From assembly GCF_020745735.1 (NCBI RefSeq), contig NC_083430.1, forward strand, positions 28,386,909-28,450,908: 64,000 nucleotides of DNA. Direction: 5' to 3'. Source of the stretch: Hemiscyllium ocellatum (Eukaryota). Shown here piece by piece: positions 39,707-52,849 of this stretch (within the stretch, counting starts at the first letter, position 1; each line of letters starts with the position of its first letter). The position numbers were made by a program, and so were the translations under genes. The notes below the pieces were generated by a model. The model was not told the origin of the DNA, ran no database searches, and worked only from the letters and a program-made list of their open reading frames with translations.

Positions 39707-40268
39707 CAGTGAAGATTGTCCGGAACTGTCCTCTTCCACATGTCCCCCACTGCCTTCGACAAGTCTCTCAGTTCCCACATCGCCAGGCGAGGTGGGGGAC
39801 AATGATCTTCTAAACATTTAAGATATCTCCACCAGGTTTAACGTTGTCGAATTCCCCGAGAGGAAGGGGCGCTGCTTCTCTGTTTTTAACTGCCCACCTT
39901 TGGTTTTTATCTTCCCTTGGGGGAGAGGTGTGTGTGTGCAGAGGGCTACAGGCGATACCCTTTTATCACCTCCAACCCGTTTTCATTTTACAATGAAAAG
40001 TATTCAATGAAAAGCAGCCCCCTTCCAATAGATCCCAGTTCGGCTGCGACCACCTCTCCTTGTCCCTGCGGGCTCACTCACTGCTCTCTCCCAGCTCCAA
40101 TGCTGCCTTTCCAACGGGGACACCAGAACAGAACACACTGACTCTTGGCGAGAGTGGATTGTGAAATCTTTGCCCCAGACAGACGGACATTGCTGAAAGG
40201 ATTCTCAGTCCGTTAGTTCACAGCCAGCTGCCATTTGGGGTCGAATTAAACCTGAATCCAAACTGTAT

Positions 40269-40410
40269 NNNNNNNNNNNNNNNNNNNNNNNNNNNNNNNN
40301 NNNNNNNNNNNNNNNNNNNNNNNNNNNNNNNNNNNNNNNNNNNNNNNNNNNNNNNNNNNNNNNNNNNNNNNNNNNNNNNNNNNNNNNNNNNNNNNNNNNN
40401 NNNNNNNNNN
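40269..40410. other. Assembly gap (142 N)
   Basis: N run. Confidence 1.
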
Positions 40411-40714
40411 ACAGTGGTTAGCACTGCTGCCTCACAGCGCCTGTAGACCCGGGTTCAATTCCCGACTCAGGCGACTGACTGTGTGGAGTTTGCACATTCT
40501 CCCCGTGTCTGCGTGGGTTTCCTCCGGGTGCTCCGGTTTCCTCCCACAGTCACAAAGATGTGCGGGTCAGGTGAATTGGCCATGCTAAATTGCCCGTAGT
40601 GTTAGGTAAGGGGTAAATGTAGGGGTATGGGTGGGTTGCGCTTCGGTGGGTCGGTGTGGACTTGTTGGGCCGAAGGGCCTGTTTCCACACTGTAAGTAAT
40701 CTAATCTAATCTAA
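40411..40714 (+). mobile_element. Young HE1-type SINE, 5' end lost in the gap
   Basis: Near-identical to 38980-39297. Confidence 0.92.
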
Positions 40715-40879
40715 AGAACAATCCATGGCAAAATCAAGAGATATCTCAATGGGCTTTATTCGCAGAACTGTACACAGGGTACTGTATCGTCAATTGTATT
40801 ACATTTTTTCCACAAATGAGATAAGAAAACTTTTTCAAGTCTCAAAAGTTGCAACTTCCTCAGGTTTTTGATACCATCA

Positions 40880-41450
40880 TAGAATGCAGAACAGAACAAC
40901 ACAGGACCAGGCCCTATGGCCCACCGTGTCTGTACCAACCATGATGCCATTCTAAACTAATCCCATCTGCCTGCACGTGGTCCATATTCCTCTATTCCCA
41001 ATCTCTCTTGTGTCTACCTCTTTAATGTTGCTATTGTATCTACTTATACCACCTCTTCTGGCTGCATGTTCCAGGCACCTACCACCCTTTGAGTTTTTTA
41101 AAAATCTGCTTTAAACTTCCCCCTTTCACACTAAACCCATGCCCCCTAATGCTTGATGTTTCCACCCTGGGGAAGAGAGCCTCTGACTGTCCACCCTATC
41201 CACACCTCTTGTAATTTTGTATATTTCTAACAGGTTGCCCCTCAGCCTCTGATGTTCGAACAAAAATAAATGAATCCAAATGTATTCAACCTCTCCTTAT
41301 AGCTAGTACACTCCAATCCAGGCAACACCCTGGTGTAGCCGTTTTGAACCTTCTTCAAAGCCTCCACAACTTTTTCATAGTGTGGCAACCAGAAATACAC
41401 ACATTACTCCAAATGTGGCCTGACTGAAGTTTTATACAGCTCTGACGTGC
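40880..41450 (-). mobile_element. CR1 3' fragment
   Basis: CR1 tail and RT C-terminal nucleotide motifs in reverse. Confidence 0.8.
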
Positions 41451-41684
41451 AATATTATCTGCTAGTAATTCCTCTTGCTCTATTGGTTGAACAATATCTA
41501 TTTAATTGGGATTGCAATGATCTATCTTTTCCAGCCTTTCCAATTGCCAATTAATCCAAAATAAGTTTGTTTAAATCTTTTGTCCAGATGGGAAATCTAG
41601 ACAACCATTATTTGACTTTATAAAATTTCTTCACACTCCCCTCATTTAAAGGATAATTAAAGTGAGTATGATGTGCACTCTGGA

Positions 41685-41910
41685 TAAAGTGAAGACTGTA
41701 GATGCTGGATATCAGAGTCAAAATGTGTGGCGCTGGAAATGCACAGCAGGTCAGGCGGCATCCGAGGAGCAGGAGAGTTGACATTTTGAGCATCAGCTCT
41801 TAATCAGGTTTGTCCCTGACGAAAGACTCCTGATCAAGACATTGACTCTCCTGCTCCTTGGATGCTGTCTGACCGGCTGTGCGTTTCCAGCACCACACCT
41901 TTTGACTGTG
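41685..41910. mobile_element. Palindromic Penelope-tail hairpin element
   Basis: Inverted arms centred near 41812; same family as 54695-54918. Confidence 0.8.
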
Positions 41911-42364
41911 TACCATGCATGTTAGCCAATGAAATTGATCAGGCCAGCTTATGTTTCAGTTGAGAATACAGCTCTCTTTGTTAAGCAGGTTGCAGTATCA
42001 TGGTTCTGTAAAAATCACTCATTGTTTTGAACTGACTCTTGGGCTGGAATTTTCCCTTACCTGGTGTGGCACGAACAATGGCAGAAAAGGTGGGGAAATA
42101 TGAGGAGAATGAAAACCAGGTCTTTGACATAGAGAAAACACTTTTTCCAATTTTCCCCTCAGACCTTAAATTATGACATCAGCAACTACTTGTTTCCTTC
42201 CATTTGCATCTTGTTAAAGGTCCATTTGCCTTATTTTACAGCACTTATAATTTCCTCTTCTTTCCCGACTAACTTAATGGCACAGATTCCCGACATGTAA
42301 ATCAGTGTGTGTCTCTGGCAGTTGTAGTCATTGTTTGCTTGCCTTAGATCTTGTCCAACTTTAC

Positions 42365-42496
42365 CTTCAGCACAGTAACTATGCATGCTCCCCGTCCACC
42401 ATCCTCCTTGATCCTTTGTCCAAGCACTTCACTGTCGCCAAAACCACCAGCTTCACCACGTCGATAGGTTTCTGTCACCCTCGAGAGATTGATAAT
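42365..42496 (-). pseudogene. Candidate exon (IINLSRVTETYRRGEAGGFGDSEVLGQRIKEDGGRGACIVTVLK)
   Basis: cccctcccaataatcag acceptor, strong AAG|gtaaag donor; 132 nt, stop-free, GC-richer than its flanks. An alternative acceptor exists at 42566. Confidence 0.55.
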
Positions 42497-43279
42497 CTGA
42501 TTATTGGGAGGGGAAGGTTGATTACTCTAGGTTACTCGTGACCATTACACCAACAAGGAATTCAAACTATTTGAAGATATTTGTTTTTATATACTTTAGA
42601 AGGTTAATTAATGTGGTTTCCCCACCCTTTATTTCTCTTGGAGCATCTTCTAATCATTCTAATTTCTGACTGCCAGACACAATATCATAATTTATGGTTG
42701 GTTGTTATCAATGTTGATGTCTAGTATTGTAAAGAAAAGTTGGTATATCACATAAACCTAATCAATTTGTATGTTAAAGTTTTATGTGAAAGTTTGAGCC
42801 TTCCCTTTCAGTTGATGGATGCCATTTGAAACGGCCTTAATGTGGAACGCAAACAAGGTTGATAGTTTTACTGTCAGGTGAGTGAATGCAGAGCATGTCC
42901 CAGTCATCACTTACCTCTCCATGTTAAGTTCCCAGTGGTTATGGTCCCAAGTACAGTGCTTGCTTCAGTATTATTACCCAGCTCCAGAGGAGAAAAGTCT
43001 GCTCAGTTACTTGGATTCTTATATTTATTTAATGAAGTTAATTCAATTAACTGTGAGCCATTTTATGTGCGAGAGTGGTTATCATGATATTCACAAGACC
43101 TTGTGAAATCAGACCTGCATGAGTTCCTGTCCTTAAAGAAAGAAATCATTTTTTATTAAAAGTAAGAAAATGGAGGAAATATATTCCTCTCTTCTGCACT
43201 ATCCATACAGAGCAGTTTGTAACCCACATTTCTGATTCATACGTGGGATTGGACTAGAAAAGGTGTGGTCCACCTTTCA

Positions 43280-44170
43280 CAGAAGATAAGAGGAGGCTGT
43301 TTGACCTCTGCCATTCATTACGGTCATGGCTGATCATCCAACTCAACAGCCTGTTCCTGCTTTCCCTCCATATCGTTTTGATCCCTCTAGCTCCAAGTCT
43401 AATATCCAACTCTTTCTTGAAATCATAGTGTTTTGGCCTCAACTACTTTCTGTGGTAGCCAGTTCCACACATGATGAAATTTTAAAGTTTTCTTTTGAGA
43501 GTCCTCACCATCACCCCCCCACCCCGACCTCACTCCAACACAAATAATCCTGAACAATTTCACCTCTGCTCATGTACTATCCCAGAAATCAGTCTGGTAA
43601 ACCTTTACTGCACTCACATTATTGCAGGAATGTCCTCCGATCAGGAGACCAAAACTGCACACTATATTCCAGATATGGTGTCACCAAGGCTCTGTGTAAT
43701 TGCAGCAAGGCAACCCTATTCCTATGCTTGAATCTACTAGCTATGAAGACCAGCAAACCCTTTGCTGCCTTTACCACCCACTGCGCCTATATGCTTACCT
43801 TCAGTGGCTGGTGTACAAAGGCACCCAGGTTTTGTTGAATATTCTCTTTGTTCCTATCATTCAGATAATCTGCATTCCTGTCTTTGCCACCAAAATGTAT
43901 AACCTCACATTTATCCACATTGTGTTGCGTATGCCATGCAGTTGCCCACTCACTCAGCTTATCCAAATCACACTGAAGCATCTCTGTATCCGCCTCACAG
44001 CTTGTCCTCCTGCCCATCTATTTTGTCATCTGCAAAATTTGGAGATATTAAATTTCATTCCCTCATAAATCTAAAACATTTATGGTGAATAGCTGTGGTC
44101 AAAGCACCGATCCCTGAGGTACCTCACTAGTCACTTTGCAGAAAGACAATTTGCAATCCCAACCCATAGT
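43280..44170 (-). mobile_element. Decayed CR1 3' fragment
   Basis: LQCDLDKLSEWATAW...NVDKCEVIHFG. Confidence 0.85.
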
Positions 44171-46268
44171 CTCGACGTGAAGAAGAACTGGACCATTGTG
44201 AAGTCATGACTTGGAATGAATGAAAGACAGACTTGCGTTGATATTGTGTTGTTCAGGATGTACGAAAGTACTTGGTTAGTTGCATAGTCACTGTAAGAAG
44301 TGTAGGGACCATTTGTGCACAGCAAGATCCCACATCTGAATTGTGATGAAGAGTTCATCTGTTTTGTGTTAGAATGCAGAGTTCTCCAGATGCTAGAAAT
44401 TGGAACTCCAAGAAATTCAGGATTATGGACCCCAGCTGCTGTGTTGGCTGAGACCAGGAGCTAGATATTTTCTGATGTGTAGAATCTATGCATTGGACTT
44501 GCTGGAAACCGATTGTTCAGGGAGGAATTTCATGAGCAGTGCACTTATTTAACTCGCAATGTAGAAAATTTCTGATCTGGTTTTACTCTGGGTCTGCTCC
44601 TGACTTATCTAGATTCTTTTTTTCTGGTTTTGCTGCATGTACATCATCGTTTGTATGCAACAAAATGTTTACACTTATCCTTGAAAGTAATTGCAACAGA
44701 ATAAAATTGTAATTAAAACTCACAGCCATAGGGAATGATTGGAGAGAATAGAATTGATACATTTAAGGGAAACTAAACAAGCATGTGAGGGAGAATGGAG
44801 TAGTGGGTGAGTTACATAGTTAAGAGGAGAAAACAAGGAAAGGAGGCTTGAGTGGAGTGGCAGAGCTTAAAACAGTCTGTTTCTCTGAAATAGATTCTGT
44901 GTAATCCTATGTAATTATTGCTATTATGATAGCAGTTGTAATTACATTTTATTGATGTAATTTATGTTACTGTTATGCTTACATAAAAAAGCTGTTTGTC
45001 TGAAATCTAAAATAGCATTGCCTCAGTAACAATTCATGATTGAAATTACTTCTGATTCCCTCCCAAAAATTGTGGAAAATCTATATTTGAATTACTTTTT
45101 TGTATATCTTCCACTTGCTGAAACCAGCTTAATTCAACAACCTTTCAGGTCTGGGCTGAGCTGTATAAGATGGAGAAAAGGGAAAATGCATAGATAGAAC
45201 CATTCTGTGTCAGTTTATTTGCAGTTGTTTCTTGCATTAAAACAATGAACTAAGCAATTGTGAGTAACATGGCAAAGTTGGAATCAAGTCTTCTAAACAT
45301 TGTTATCAGATTATTTTGAATTAAGAAGTTTACTCTCATAAAACCCTTACTCTTAACAGCTACAATACCAGTGACATTTTTTAGGACATGATTAAGTAGG
45401 TTTCATGGCCAGTTACTGAACCTGTCAGATAATGAGTAATCACATTTTTGTGATTTATACTCCTGAATGATATCTCCATGAGGGAGTGGCTGCTGGACTT
45501 TGTGTCTGTTATCAGAAAAGAACCTTCAAACAGTGTTTCCAAACTTGAGCAGAATTGCACAGTTTCAACACTGATCGATTGTTGAACTCAAAACTCTGAA
45601 ATATTGTAATCAGAATAATTGAGTTGGAAGTTGCACAGATGCAACAAACATTCAACTACTCCAAGACCGTGTGCTTAGAGTTGAGGATCTCAATTGCTGT
45701 AATTTATTTAATCAGGCCTTTAGCTTTTTTTTAAAAAAAGACTGATGTGAACGTAGAACATAGACTAAAGAAAGAATATCTTAGTTGTAAATCACTGAAA
45801 TGATTTACTGTGTACATAGAAAAGTAAGTGTTACAAATTGTTCAGTGTTTTACTTTCTGTCATTGGAACTATTGCATTTTTCATGTTAGGTTGCATTCTA
45901 TTGGATTTGCATCTTTAAGTAGAATTAATAACCATAAAAATAGCTTTTATTTTAAACTTCTAATTCTGTCTTTCTGATTTTTTTTTGGTACCATATGTTT
46001 ATTTAAGTGTTACTTGCATATACCTTCCTGACTTTGTTTGGTTAGCAAGGCAATTGTACTATTATTCTTGAAATACTAAAACTTATTAAAGTTCGTTTTA
46101 GAAGATAGTTTATTTACATTAATGTTTTTTGGTACTGTTTGGATTTCTTCTATGCCAATTCCCTGTTAAGAATATCATTTTCCCATTAATTAAAATTGTA
46201 TTTTAAAAACAATTGACCAATCATTTTGAGACTCCAGAATTATATTTGAAATGACCATATATCCTAAC

Positions 46269-46409
46269 TTTGGGCACTTTTTTTTTCTCCTTCAGACCAT
46301 GATTGTGGAATCTGTCCTTTCCTGCTTGAGATGGATTCCCCCATTCCAAACTGTTCTGCACTAATGCTGAAATGATTCTTGAAGCAATATAAATATCATG
46401 AAAGAAAGT
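46269..46409 (-). pseudogene. Candidate exon (TFFHDIYIASRIISALVQNSLEWGNPSQAGKDRFHNHGLKEKKKVPK)
   Basis: tctctcaag acceptor, AAA|gttagg donor; 141 nt, stop-free in the phase-0 frame demanded by the upstream exon 46904-46699. Confidence 0.55.
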
Positions 46410-47619
46410 CTTGAGAGATGCACAATAACATCCAAACATTCCAAATCACAGCGGTATTATGGCTTTTTTTTTGTTTGCAATTACCAGTTGGAAATTCATT
46501 TTCTGGGCAATCACAAAATAGCAAAATAGATAAATTATACATGGAAGCACATTTTACAATAATTCTGCCACAAGTTTAGATGGCACGCGCTCTCCCTTCA
46601 GACTGACAGTGCATATACTTACTAAAATGTTATATATTTGTTTCCAGTGCATGTAAATTTTTCCAATAACTTAATTATATTATTTGTTATTGTTTTACCT
46701 TTTATTTTTAAATTAAGCTGTGGCTAATCTGATAGCTGGGTGGGAAACAGAAATACTTGTCAGAATATCGTCCAAATCTTGTGGCGTAATTTGTGCAGCC
46801 CTACAGCAGAGGGAGTACTTTTGTTGAAAATGATTTGCTGCCTTCTTTCACCAAGCTTTTCATTATTCTGCCTGCTGACTACAAAAATAAGGCTTTCTCC
46901 TCAGCTAAAATGCCAAAAAGGAAACTACTTCGCATGCATTAATGTGTTAAGTCTTTCAGCACTAAAGACAAATTTTTAAGACTAAGTTCAGTTGCTGTCC
47001 AACTAGTTTACAACCAATGCTCATATTGCGCCTGAGCGGTAAATATTTTCCAATCAACCTATTCAGGTTTGCTATTAAAAATTTCTGGAGCTTGTGGGAC
47101 TTTGAACCACAGACATGATACATGATACCTTGCTACATGATCAAAGTTGCTACCCTTTAACTCACTGGGAGAGATGCACATTTTAATTTTCTTCTCTTTT
47201 TAGAATGCTGCTGAGAAAATTTCTGAATCATTGGGTTTGATACTTCAACGGACATGTATTTTATGCAAAAAAGAATCCAAGACAATAAATTGCTAATTTA
47301 AATAAGTAATTAACTTAAAGGCAATTAAAACCAACTAATTTTTTTTTCCAATTTTTGGTTAAAGAGCAGAACTAGAGGGAGTAAGGAATAAGGTCCACAG
47401 TCCAGATTGCCAATGAAGGAGCTGAGGAAAGGTGCTGGGATCAGGGCTTGGGTTTATCTAACATTGACGTCACTTCAGTTCTGGTGATTACACTCCAAAG
47501 TGGCCTCAGCAAAGTTCTCACAGAAGCAGAGGTCAGAAGTGGGTTCCTTTCTGTCGAGGTTTTCCTCCTTTCCCAGTTTCCTTTATGAATACATTTTTGG
47601 GATGATTGGGTGGACTCAC

Positions 47620-47990
47620 TCTTGCACCCGCACCACCCCCCTCATGTCCACATTCCTCTCAAACCCCAGACGTTTTCCCCAATTACACTCCAGTCTACAC
47701 CCCCAAACCCTACAACCCACACCCACACTTTCCCTTCCAACTCTTCACCCGAGTCTACCTTTCCCACTCTCCCTCCTGCAACTCCCTCTTTTCCACTCCC
47801 TTTCCACACTTCTCCACCCCACCCCCCCCACTCTATTCTCTTCCCTGCCCACTCTATTCTCTTTCCCCACTCACTCTATTCTCCACCCCCCAACTCTAGT
47901 CTCTATTCCCCCCACTCTATTCTCTGCTACCCATCCTCCATTCTCTGCTTTCCCCCCTACTCTAATACATCCTCTCCCCGCCCACCCAGT
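47620..47990 (+). repeat. Pyrimidine-rich low-complexity tract with a degenerate CCCACTCTATTCTC unit
   Basis: About 5 copies of the unit at 47825-47945; almost no G. Confidence 0.85.
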
Positions 47991-48929
47991 ACTCATGCAG
48001 CATTTGTAATCTCTAACCATGCCTCTGTGATACGATTGGTGCTGCATTCATTGGAATAAGATGGAATATACCATGTCAAGGCATTCCATCACCCTCCTTG
48101 GACTGCTCTGCATCCCACTGTGTGGGGAATTATAGGAAACTGCCATTTGCGAGTGATGTGAATGCTGATTACTGCCATTACTGAGGGCCTGTTCTGTTTC
48201 TCATGTTCCCCACACCAGTTTTTTGACAATGTGGATCTATTCACAGGAGGGACTATCAAAGCTCAAACTGAGGCAATGTTGGTGCAATGCAGCCCATTCT
48301 TTGACTAAGGCCTGTAGATGAGCAGATGACAGGCCTCCTGAAGAAGTTGCAATGCTTGGATCAGTCTGAAGGGGGTGGTGTATCTTTCAGTTCAGTCCAG
48401 ACAGAATGTACCACGGAATCCTAACATGCTGTTCTCTATACAGCTGGAGCAGGTAGAGAAGAGTCACTGGAAGAGGAGTAAGATCAGGACATTCAGTATG
48501 AGGACCATTATTTTGTGCATGATAAATGCCCCAGTGTCAGGCACTACAGGGCGGACAGAACTTCATTGATATCTTGTCCCAGTAAATGAGACTTGAGTGC
48601 AATGATCGTAATATTGTTGGTGTTCAAAAGGGGAATAGTCCATTTCAGTTCAGAGTAGGAAAAGCAGCTTCTGTCTTTTGTATATTTGCTTCTACTGCTG
48701 TTACAGAAATGATTGGTTGAAAACTTTCCAGTCTGAATTCTCCCATACTGAACAATGGTAAGGTGCTGAGCTACACAGGGCATTGGGGAAAGAGTAAAAA
48801 TAACTTGGAAAGTTATGTGGCTAGCAACAGGTAAGCTGTGTGGCCTGGTGCTTAAATAGCAATAGATAGAGGAATGTCTTTTCTCTGCAAGGAAGTGCAG
48901 CCGTGTCAGCTATGTCCCATAAGGAAATG

Positions 48930-49950
48930 TTGGTTGTAGATGCTATCTACTCTGTTCAGCTCTCTTGTGATTTTGAATACCTCTATCAAATTTCCTCTTG
49001 GGTATTTTGTCTCCAAGGAGAACAATCTCAACTTTCTAATCTGTCCTCACAACTGAATTTTCTCATTCCTGGAACCAGTCTTGTAAATGACTCTCCAATG
49101 GCACCTACATTAATATTGAATAATTAATAGTATTGAATACTCCAAGTGCGGTCTAACAAGTATCATATGCAGGTGCTCTCATACTCTATGCCTATTAATA
49201 AAGCTGAGAACAGTACATTTTGTTAACTGTGTTCTCTCCACCTATCCAGCCTCCTTCAATGATCTGTGTACATATACACCCAGGTTCCTCTGCTACTACA
49301 CCTCCTTTACAATAGTACCCCCTATTTTGCCACTCAATGTTCTAAGCACATCACACTTCTCTGCATTAAATCTCATCTGCCCACCTATCCACCCACTCTC
49401 CAACTTACGGAGTTCCTCACTGTCCTCCTCATAGTTTACAATTTCTCCAAGTTTTGTGTCATCTGCAATGTTTGAAATTTTGCCCGCACACTAAAGTCCA
49501 GATTAGATTCCCTACAGTATGGAAACAGGCCCATCGGCCCAACACGTCCATACCGATCTTCTGAAGAGTAACCCACCCAGACCCATTCCTCTACATTTAC
49601 CCTTGATTAATGCACCGAACATTATGGGCAATTTATCATGGCAAATTCACCTAACCTGCACATTTTTGGATTGTGGGAGGAAACCGAATAACCCAAAAGA
49701 AACACACGTATACACGAAGGAATCAAACCCAGGTCCTGGACGCTGTGAGGCAGCAGTGCTAATCACTGAGCCATTGTGCTGCCCATTAAAATATATCATT
49801 AAACTATATAAGGAAAAGCAAGGGCCCTGTTACTGACCCCAGGGGAACTACATTGCAAATCTCCCTCTAGCTCAAAATATACATAGTCCATTGCTCTGTT
49901 TCCTTTCAGTCTGTCAATTTCAAATCCATGTCGCTACTGTTCTTTTATTC
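48930..49950 (-). mobile_element. Decayed CR1 fragment interrupted by a minus-strand SINE (about 49501-49785)
   Basis: CR1 RT motifs in reverse on both sides; SINE head CGCTGTGAGGCAGCAGTGCTAATCACTGAGCCA. Confidence 0.75.
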
Positions 49951-50277
49951 TATGACAAATGAAAATCAATAATAGGAAATTAAGATTGGAAAGCTCTAGT
50001 TGAAGAGTGACCATTGCCGCAAATGTGATGGTCTAAATAATCACTTTCTGTACTGCAAGTTCTCTATCTTGAATTTCATATTTTACAGTATTACATGTTA
50101 CCTGCCACCTGTTATTGCATTCTGTCTTGTTCATAATTTCAACAATTTACAGTAAACATTTGCCCTTCATTTTTCAGTCCTGTGCAATATGAAGAAAACA
50201 AATGCCTTTGTAGTTAATCAAAAGTCATTAATTCATGCTTGGAATCATTGAAATTTAAGCATTTCGAGGCATGCTTA

Positions 50278-50640
50278 AGGGTGGCATGGTGGTTCAGTAG
50301 TTAGCACTGCTGCTTCACAGCACCAGGGACCTTGGTTCAATTCCAGCCTCAGGTGCATGTCTGTGTGGAGTTTGCACATTCTCCCCATGTCTGTGTGGGT
50401 TTTCTCCAGGCGCTCCAGTTTCCTCCCACCATCCAAAGGTATGTAGGTTAGGTGAATTGGCTGTGCTAAATTGCCTACAGTGTTCAAGGATATGTAGGTT
50501 AGATGCATTGGTCAGGGGAAATGTTAAGTAATAGAATAGGGGAATGGTTCTGGGTGGGTTACTCTTCAGAGGGTCTTCAGTGTAGACCTGTTGGGCTGAA
50601 TGGGCTGTTTCTACACTGTAGGGATTTAATGATCCATATG
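50278..50640 (+). mobile_element. HE1-type SINE
   Basis: A/B boxes and central domain. Confidence 0.85.
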
Positions 50641-50990
50641 ATGTGGTACAGAATTATTTAAATACAAATTCTTCTTATTGTGAATAGTGGTTTTCTGACA
50701 GTTGATGGATGAAATCAGGGTTGGATTTGTTTGCATTTCATTTGCTATCCACTCTATCTTCATGCCTTTCTTTTCATTAAAGCTGGCAAATAAAATAAAT
50801 TCTATTCGGTATACGATGTATTAAAGTGGAAGGCCATCAGAGCAAAGCAACAAAACTCATGGCGTTTTTAAAAACATTTTTTCTCAGGATGTAGATGTCA
50901 TATCTTTGTCCAAATCTATTGCCCATCCTGAATTGTTGATCAATTAAAGATGGCTGACGCAAGAGTCAACCACATTCTTGGTTGACATTT

Positions 50991-51772
50991 ATGGAATTCA
51001 ATGTAGCTAAGTGCGAAGTCGTTCACTTTGGTAGGAATAACAAGATGATGGATTACTGGGCTAATGGTAGGCTACTTGGTAGTGTGGATGAGCAGAGGGA
51101 TCTTGGTGTCTATGTACACAGATCTCTGAAAGTTGCCACCCAGGTAAATAGTGCTGTGAGGAAGGCATATGGTGTACTGGGCTTTATTGGCAGAGGAATT
51201 GAGTTCCGGAGTCCTGAGGTCATGTTGCAGTTGTATAAGACTCTGGTGAGGCCTCATCTGGAGTATTGTGTGCAGTTTTGGTCGCCATACTATAGGAAGG
51301 ATGTGGAAGCTTTAGAACGAGTGCAGAGGAGGTTTACCAGGATGTTGCCTGGAATGGTAGGAAAATCTTATGAGGAAAGGCTGAGGCACTTGGGGCTGTT
51401 CTCATTGGAGAAGAGAAGGTTTAGGGGAGATCTGATAGAAGTGTATAAGATGATTAGGGGTTTAGATAGGGTAGATACTAAGAACCTTTTACCGCTAATG
51501 GAGTCAGGTGTTACTAGGGGACATAGCTTTAAATTAAGGGGTGGTAGGTATAGGACAGATGTTAGGGGTAGATTCTTCACACAGCGGGTTGTGAGTTCAT
51601 GGAATGCCCTGCCCGTATCAGTGGTGAACTCTCCTTCTTTATGGTCATTTAAGCGGGCATTGGATAAGCATTTGGAAGTTATTGGGCTAGTATAGGTTAG
51701 GTAGGATTCGGTCGGCGCAACATCGAGGGCCGAAGGGCCTGTACTGCGCTGTATCCTTCTATGTTCTATTCC
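50991..51772 (+). mobile_element. Young 5'-truncated CR1 with an uninterrupted ORF2 C-terminus
   Basis: Open frame to 51695 (MEFNVAKCEVVHFG...LYKTLVRPHLEYCVQFWSPYY...), 3' tail, TATGG at both junctions. Confidence 0.95.
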
Positions 51773-52849
51773 TATGGGTCTGAAGTGACATGTAGGCCAG
51801 ACCAGACAATGATGGCAGATTTCCTTCCATAAAGAGCACTAGTGAACTAGATTGTGTTTTGTTTTACAATGTTTAACAGTGTTTACATGGTTATCCTGGG
51901 CTAACTTTTAATTCCAGATTATTTTTCACCATTTGAATCCATGTTCCCAGGCCTGAGGTTGTGGGTTGCCATAGATGCCATAATTGTCTACATGGTTGAC
52001 TAATATCTCTCTCCAATCATGTCTTAAAGTCACAAAAACAAACTCAAGTTGTACACGCACACATCTGACACAGATATTTCTAGTACAAAGTTTTTCATGT
52101 CAGATAGCCGGAGCTCCTGTCTGGCTATCAGAACCAGGCATTTGTTAACATCTCACTCCAATAACAACATTGTCTGTTGACCTGATGTGTACAGCCACAC
52201 AATGACCATTTTAAAGTTACCTTGAAACAAATTAACCCTTTTAAATTCAGGGGAATTTTGGATGATGATTAATGTTGCACTACAATTAAAGATTGGATTC
52301 ATTTTGTAAAAATTTGATTTCACAATCTCTGCAGATTTTAATCTGCTCCCGCCCTATGGAGTGGATGCAAACAAATGAAACTTTTTCCTCCAATATAAAA
52401 GGAGCTGGGAAAGTTTACCCTCCTCACCACTATAACAAAATATTTACCAATTGGTAACTCCAAGTCCAGAGGATTTAATTTTGAGTCATAGTGTTTCTAC
52501 ACTGGGTTAGATGTTAACATTGGTCAGCTTGCTATTGAGGACATGGGGAGCTTTGAGCCAGTGCCAGTGTCTAAGAAACCACAGAATACATGTTGCTCTG
52601 ACCCAAACTCTGCACTCATTTTCTTTCCCTCTTTCAAAGCTGTTTCAGAGAAACAAGAAGAGTGTATGCAACACTTGGAACTGCAAACCAACATTGGAGT
52701 CCATGTACTATTATTCTAACATTGAAGAAAAACAGTGTGGATGGTAGACTGGAAAGGCAGATGCTAGAGATACTCTGCACCTGTGCAGAAAGAAGCAGTT
52801 ACCATTTCAACTCAATGAGCTTCCATTGGAACTGAAATGCTGTTTGAAA

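Noticed and set aside
47500-48059. Three overlapping 97-169-aa Pro/Ser/Leu-rich ORFs
   Set aside because: By-product of the C/T low-complexity tract, which lacks stop codons.
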